DNA of 32,000 nucleotides from an uncultured archaeon. GTDB lineage: Archaea > Asgardarchaeota > Thorarchaeia > Thorarchaeales > Thorarchaeaceae. Numbering within the stretch: position 1 is the stretch's first letter; each line of letters begins with the position of its first letter. Below are positions 27,751-32,000 of this stretch, one piece after another. The translations under genes and the position numbers were made by a program. Location: contig CAZYLT010000002.1 in NCBI GenBank assembly GCA_964648855.1, positions 180,001 through 212,000 on the forward strand. The letters are read 5' to 3'. The notes under the pieces are model-generated. The model did no database searches, had not been told where the DNA came from, and saw only the letters and a list, made by a program, of their open reading frames with translations.

Positions 27751-28788
27751 ATGGGAACGAATATTGGGGATATCATTCGGGCTGAAGAGAGCTCACTGGA
27801 AGCTCTCTCGGGGAGAAGGATTGCGATCGATGCATTCAACACATTGTATCAATTCCTTTCAATAATCCGTCAGCCAGATGGAACTCCTTTGAAAGATAGA
27901 CAAGGGCGAATCACCAGTCACCTTAGTGGGCTGTTTTATCGCAATGTACGCCTTCTTGAACATGGCATTTTGCCGGCATATGTATACGATGGCGAAGCGC
28001 CTTCGTTGAAATCTGAAGAAGTGGAACGAAGACGCGAGATAAGGAAGGATGCTGAGAAGGAATGGAAAAAAGCGAAAGCAGAGGGACGTATCGAAGATGC
28101 TAGAAAGGCGGCACAAGCAAGCTCGCGTCTTACTACCGATATGATTGAAGGGAGTAAATCACTTCTCCGAGCCCTTGGCATACCTGTCATTCAGGCCCCA
28201 TCAGAAGGAGAGGCACTGGCCGCGCAAATTGCAAGAGAAAACATTGTTTGGGCAAGTGCAAGTCAGGACTATGACTCACTGTTGTACAATTGTCCACTCA
28301 TGGTTCGAAACCTATCTATCACTGGAAGAAGAAGAGTAGCAAGATCTAAGCGATATAAGACTGTATACCCCGAGATAATCAATCTTGATATGAATTTGAA
28401 ACTTCTTGGAATAACTAGGTCAGGGCTTATTGATATTGGCATCATGGTTGGTACGGACTATAACGACAATATTCCTGGTATTGGTGCAAAAACTGCTTTG
28501 AAACTAATCCAAAAACATGGTGACTTTGAAACTGCAGTCGAAGCTGAGGACTTGGAGGTGGATTTTCCCTACAGAGAAATCAGAGAAATCTTTCTCCATC
28601 CTCCTGAAGTAAGCGTTGAAAAATTGGAATGGACTGATCCTGACCCTGAAGCTGTAAGGGGGTTGCTCTGCAATCTCCATGACTTCAGCAGGAACCGAGT
28701 AAATAGTACACTGAGTCGATTAGAGAAAGCATTACAGGAGATGGATGAGAGCGGTCAACAGAGCTCACTAACTGAATTCTTCTCGTAG
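27751..28788 (+). CDS. fen: Flap endonuclease 1
   Basis: IAIDAFN.LYQFLSIIRQPDGTPL.D..G.ITSHLSGLFYR, QAPSEGEA.AA, SQDYD.LL, GTDYN; C-terminal PIP box QSSLTEFF. Start ATG 27751. Confidence 0.97.
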   Translation: MGTNIGDIIRAEESSLEALSGRRIAIDAFNTLYQFLSIIRQPDGTPLKDRQGRITSHLSGLFYRNVRLLEHGILPAYVYDGEAPSLKSEEVERRREIRKDAEKEWKKAKAEGRIEDARKAAQASSRLTTDMIEGSKSLLRALGIPVIQAPSEGEALAAQIARENIVWASASQDYDSLLYNCPLMVRNLSITGRRRVARSKRYKTVYPEIINLDMNLKLLGITRSGLIDIGIMVGTDYNDNIPGIGAKTALKLIQKHGDFETAVEAEDLEVDFPYREIREIFLHPPEVSVEKLEWTDPDPEAVRGLLCNLHDFSRNRVNSTLSRLEKALQEMDESGQQSSLTEFFS

Positions 28789-28889
28789 ACATTCAACATA
28801 GCATCGTGAAGAGATATAATCAAAAGCGGTTCCGCGAACCCTAAATATGGACAACTTGAATGAGTAATGAAGCAAGGTGATTTTGTCAG

Positions 28890-29579
28890 ATGAGAGAAAG
28901 GTTAACTGCCATCCGCGCATGGATTTCGGATATTGCAAATGGGAAATATGGCGATGAAGATGGCCCAAAGGTCATATCACCACAAGGTGTTGAGTTACGA
29001 AGAGTGAAGATTCAGGGCCAAATCGTGGATAAAATATCCGGAAAGGACAATTTCGCCAGTATCACTGTCGATGATGGGACTGAAACTATTCGTGCAAAAG
29101 CATGGGGAGCTGAAGCAGAAGCTCTTGAACAGGTGAGTCAGGATATTTGGGCAATGGTCATAGGAAAGGTTAGAAACTATAATGATGAGATTTACATAGT
29201 TCCAGAGATTATCAAAGAAATCGATGACCCTAATCTCATGACCTTACATCATTTGGAACGCTACAGGTCAATTCTTCTCATGGGAGATGATTCAAGCAAG
29301 AAGTCAATTGACATGGAGGAGATTGAACAGGGGCCTCAGAAACAGAAGGCATCAAAACCCGCTCAACAGACGATTACACCACGAGGTCTCAAGGGAGAAA
29401 TTCTTGATTTTATCCGGGAGAACGATTCTCCTGAGGGAGTTCCGATACAGAAAATTGCCGACCACTTCCAAGAACAAGGTGTGAGTAAGACTTCGGTCAA
29501 TCGTGAGATTATTGAGCTGGGCGCAAACGGGACAATAGCTGAGCAAAGCGTGGGAGTCTATCGAGCCGCGGATAGATGA
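28890..29579 (+). CDS. RPA32/RPA2-like OB-fold ssDNA-binding protein with C-terminal winged-helix
   Basis: RV.I.G.IVDK, .VDDGTETIR.KAW, V.GKVR.Y..EIYIVPE; linker followed by a ~60-aa WH-like domain. Confidence 0.8.
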   Translation: MRERLTAIRAWISDIANGKYGDEDGPKVISPQGVELRRVKIQGQIVDKISGKDNFASITVDDGTETIRAKAWGAEAEALEQVSQDIWAMVIGKVRNYNDEIYIVPEIIKEIDDPNLMTLHHLERYRSILLMGDDSSKKSIDMEEIEQGPQKQKASKPAQQTITPRGLKGEILDFIRENDSPEGVPIQKIADHFQEQGVSKTSVNREIIELGANGTIAEQSVGVYRAADR

Positions 29580-29630
29580 GTTGAGTACTTAATCAGAAGC
29601 TTCAAGTAGCAACAAGGAGTCAGAGAGAAT

Positions 29631-30047
29631 ATGGACGACGACTATGAGAACCTATTAGAACGAGCCCGGTCAAACGTGCCGCAAGACGCTTTCAAGAAAT
29701 CCGGTGAACGCTTTCAAGTACCGGAAATTCAAGCGATTATACAGGGCAATCGGACGATCTGGCAAAACTTTCAGGAGATTCTAACAGTACTCAATAGGCC
29801 TGGAAAAGAGGTTCTGAAATATGTGTCTGGTCAACTAGCTACGGCGGGGAACATTGAGGGCGGTGGAGCAGTTTTCCAAGGCAAATTCAACTCAGAGCTA
29901 ATTGAAGATGTTCTGAACGGCTATATTGCAGCATATGTCATTTGTCCAGTTTGCGGTCGTCCTGATACCCACATGGAAAAAGAAGGCAATGCATATTATC
30001 TCAAGTGTACTGCATGTGGAGCATCAACATCAATCAGACCCGTATGA
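29631..30047 (+). CDS. eif2b: Translation initiation factor aIF-2 beta subunit
   Basis: YE.LLERA, ERF.VP, GNRTI..NF, LNR, YVICPVCGRPDT, L.C.ACGA. Confidence 0.95.
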   Translation: MDDDYENLLERARSNVPQDAFKKSGERFQVPEIQAIIQGNRTIWQNFQEILTVLNRPGKEVLKYVSGQLATAGNIEGGGAVFQGKFNSELIEDVLNGYIAAYVICPVCGRPDTHMEKEGNAYYLKCTACGASTSIRPV

Positions 30048-30050
30048 GAG

Positions 30051-30362
30051 GTGAAAGAGCCAATGCCGTCTGTCTATATCCGAGTTAGAGAGCGCCAGGA
30101 CCACGTTGTGGTTGCTGTTTGTGATGAGAAACTCTTGGGAAAAACCCTCTCCGAGGGCAACATAAAATTTGATGTGAACAAGGAATTCTATGGCGGTGAC
30201 CTCGTAGATGTTGACACCTGCCTACAGCATCTGGGGAATGCAACCATTGCCAATATGGTGGGTACGGATAGCGTTGGAGCTGCAATTGACGCTGGTTATG
30301 TTCATAAGAAGGCGGTTATATATATTGAAGGCCACCCACACGCTCAATGGGTCAAACTATGA
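30051..30362 (+). CDS. DUF424 family protein
   Basis: VAVCD..LLGK.L.EG, V..EFYGG, ATI.N.VG...V..AI..G.V, I.G.PHAQ. Start may be ATG 30063. Confidence 0.88.
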   Translation: MKEPMPSVYIRVRERQDHVVVAVCDEKLLGKTLSEGNIKFDVNKEFYGGDLVDVDTCLQHLGNATIANMVGTDSVGAAIDAGYVHKKAVIYIEGHPHAQWVKL

Positions 30363-30803
30363 TACAGCTTCTTTCCCCTTATTGTTATCTTTTGGTTTCA
30401 TTCGACGCCATCTTAATTTTGAGGAACCACATTCAGGACAATTTCTTGCCCTCTCCAAATTACTAGAAATAGTAGCACCACACTCTAAACATTTCAGGAA
30501 TCCTGTACCATCTGCCAAGATGTAATTTCCTCCTTCAATCCGAAGTACATTTCCTTCCACTAACCCCCGTGCGACTTTTGTGCGTGCTGAAGACAGGATT
30601 CTATTGAAAGTAGGCTGGCTTACATGCATTTTTTGGGATGCTTGTCGTTGACTAATGCCCTCCAAATCTGCAAGGCGAATCGCCTCAAATTCATCTACGG
30701 ATAGAAGTATCTCTTCCAACTCATTTGCAGGTATTCCAGCTGGTTTATACACTGAAATGATTGGTTCCTTGGAAACCCGTCTTCTTGTCTTTCTTCGAGG
30801 CAT
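30357..30803 (-). CDS. DUF134 (UPF0251) HTH protein with C-terminal Zn ribbon
   Basis: MPR....R.V, YKP.G, L..DE.EAIRL.D.EG.SQ..A..KM.VSQPTF.RIL.SAR.KVA..LV.G..LRIEGG; CLECG/CPECGS. Confidence 0.9.
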   Translation of the reverse strand: MPRRKTRRRVSKEPIISVYKPAGIPANELEEILLSVDEFEAIRLADLEGISQRQASQKMHVSQPTFNRILSSARTKVARGLVEGNVLRIEGGNYILADGTGFLKCLECGATISSNLERARNCPECGSSKLRWRRMKPKDNNKGKEAVS

Positions 30804-30934
30804 GAGTCTTACTAGCTACTAAATCATAAATAATGTCCGTTATCAATGCCCTTATCTCTTTTACAAGTAGCTTCCAAGGTGCTTATTGAATCAATTTCAT
30901 AAGTCCTCCTAAAATTCAAGGATATGTGTCTACT

Positions 30935-32000
30935 TTGCCAGCGCCATGTTACCTCTGCGGAGCACCTTCAGTAGTTGATGGTCTATGCGCTGATTGTTAC
31001 GATAAAGAGCATCCGCTCATGAAAATAGACCCACTTGTCAGGCTAGTTGTATGCAAAAGGTGTGGAGCAGTCAAAATACCCGGTGGCTGGCATACCATAG
31101 AATCATCACCAGAAGATGAGGAAATAGCAAGAGAAGAACATGTATCGATTGTTCTTAATAGAGAAGTAAAGACACTTGGAGAGGACCTTGAAGTCACCAT
31201 TGTCGAAACGAGCAAACTGGATAGGGTTCTCCACATAAATCTGATAGCACGAGGCAAATCCCACCCTGACCTTCTCCCCCACATGGAGGAATATCCTGTT
31301 GAAATTCGGTTCGATTATGGTACGTGTGACACCTGTGGAATGATGAGTGGTGGCTATCATGAAGCAATCATTCAAATTCGAGCAGATGAACGACTCGTTT
31401 CCGAAAGCGAACAAGAGGACATTGCTGATCTCGCAACAGACCTTACAGTATCCGAATATGGTAAGGATGAAAGAGCCTTCATAATAGAAATAGATGAGAC
31501 CAAATTTGGCTTGGACTTCTATATTGGTTCGGAACATCTTGCTCGTCGTATTGCAGATGAGGTCGAGATAAGATACTTAGCTGAACGGAAAGAGAATTAC
31601 AAACTGATTGGACAGGAGAAAGGCGGCAAAGAAAAATTCAGGATTACCATCTTGCTACGCCTTCCTCGTTTCTCAATAGATGACTTCATCCAAGTATCCG
31701 GAAACTTATGTCAAGTCTTAGACATGGGGCGAGGCGGACTAGCCTGCTATGACTTGGTCACGCGCGAACATTTTACCATTAATCCAAAGAGCTCTCGCTG
31801 GGAGTCAATCCAATTTGTCACCTCCAATTCATCCACAAGAGAGTTCATGGTGGTTGCTAATGCCTATGACCAACCAATCCAGTTGATGGATCAAGAATCC
31901 TATGAGATTCTGGAAGTTGAATCTGAAGGTATTAGGCCAGAAGACATCGAACCGGGCAACGTAGTCGAAGGAATCGAATATGAGGGCGATATCCATATTT
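30935..32000 (+). CDS. nmd3: NMD3 family ribosome-biogenesis protein (3' truncated by window end)
   Basis: Not in the ORF track. TTG 30935 (or GTG 30926) gives MPAPCYLCG....GLCADCY...VCKRCGA..., later TCDTC....GGYHEAIIQIRA, GLDFYIGS and KLIG.....K..FRITILLR. Confidence 0.9.
   Translation, partial: MPAPCYLCGAPSVVDGLCADCYDKEHPLMKIDPLVRLVVCKRCGAVKIPGGWHTIESSPEDEEIAREEHVSIVLNREVKTLGEDLEVTIVETSKLDRVLHINLIARGKSHPDLLPHMEEYPVEIRFDYGTCDTCGMMSGGYHEAIIQIRADERLVSESEQEDIADLATDLTVSEYGKDERAFIIEIDETKFGLDFYIGSEHLARRIADEVEIRYLAERKENYKLIGQEKGGKEKFRITILLRLPRFSIDDFIQVSGNLCQVLDMGRGGLACYDLVTREHFTINPKSSRWESIQFVTSNSSTREFMVVANAYDQPIQLMDQESYEILEVESEGIRPEDIEPGNVVEGIEYEGDIHI

Noticed and set aside
30997-31537. Minus-strand ORFs 30997..31284 and 31106..31537
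   Set aside because: Antisense shadows of the plus-strand nmd3 gene that runs off the window.

Overview
Archaeal chromosomal window, mostly housekeeping genes. Recognisable genes include dys, rpl10e/uL16, trmJ, a DRG GTPase, a trmY-like gene, srp54, pyrI, family-4 UDG, glmU, Hef helicase-nuclease, deoC, ribL, cdc48, aEF-1beta, fen1, an RPA32-like gene, aIF-2beta and nmd3 (partial). An Asgard (Thorarchaeia-like) origin is my impression, not something I can prove from the sequence. I found no tRNA, rRNA, CRISPR array or transposase. The most notable observations are: (1) a tandem array of three small, paralogous winged-helix genes with near-identical recognition helices, followed by an ArsR-like regulator, which may be a chromatin or regulatory module; (2) a decayed A/V-type ATP synthase subunit B relic missing from the ORF track; (3) a radical SAM gene that apparently must start at CTG; (4) three 250-370 nt intergenic regions rich in stem-loops, two of which share a CCCAC-N18-GTGGGT element; (5) several enzymes with altered signature motifs (GlcD-like, TrmY-like, DRG). 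All product calls come from motif recognition by eye, with no database searches.
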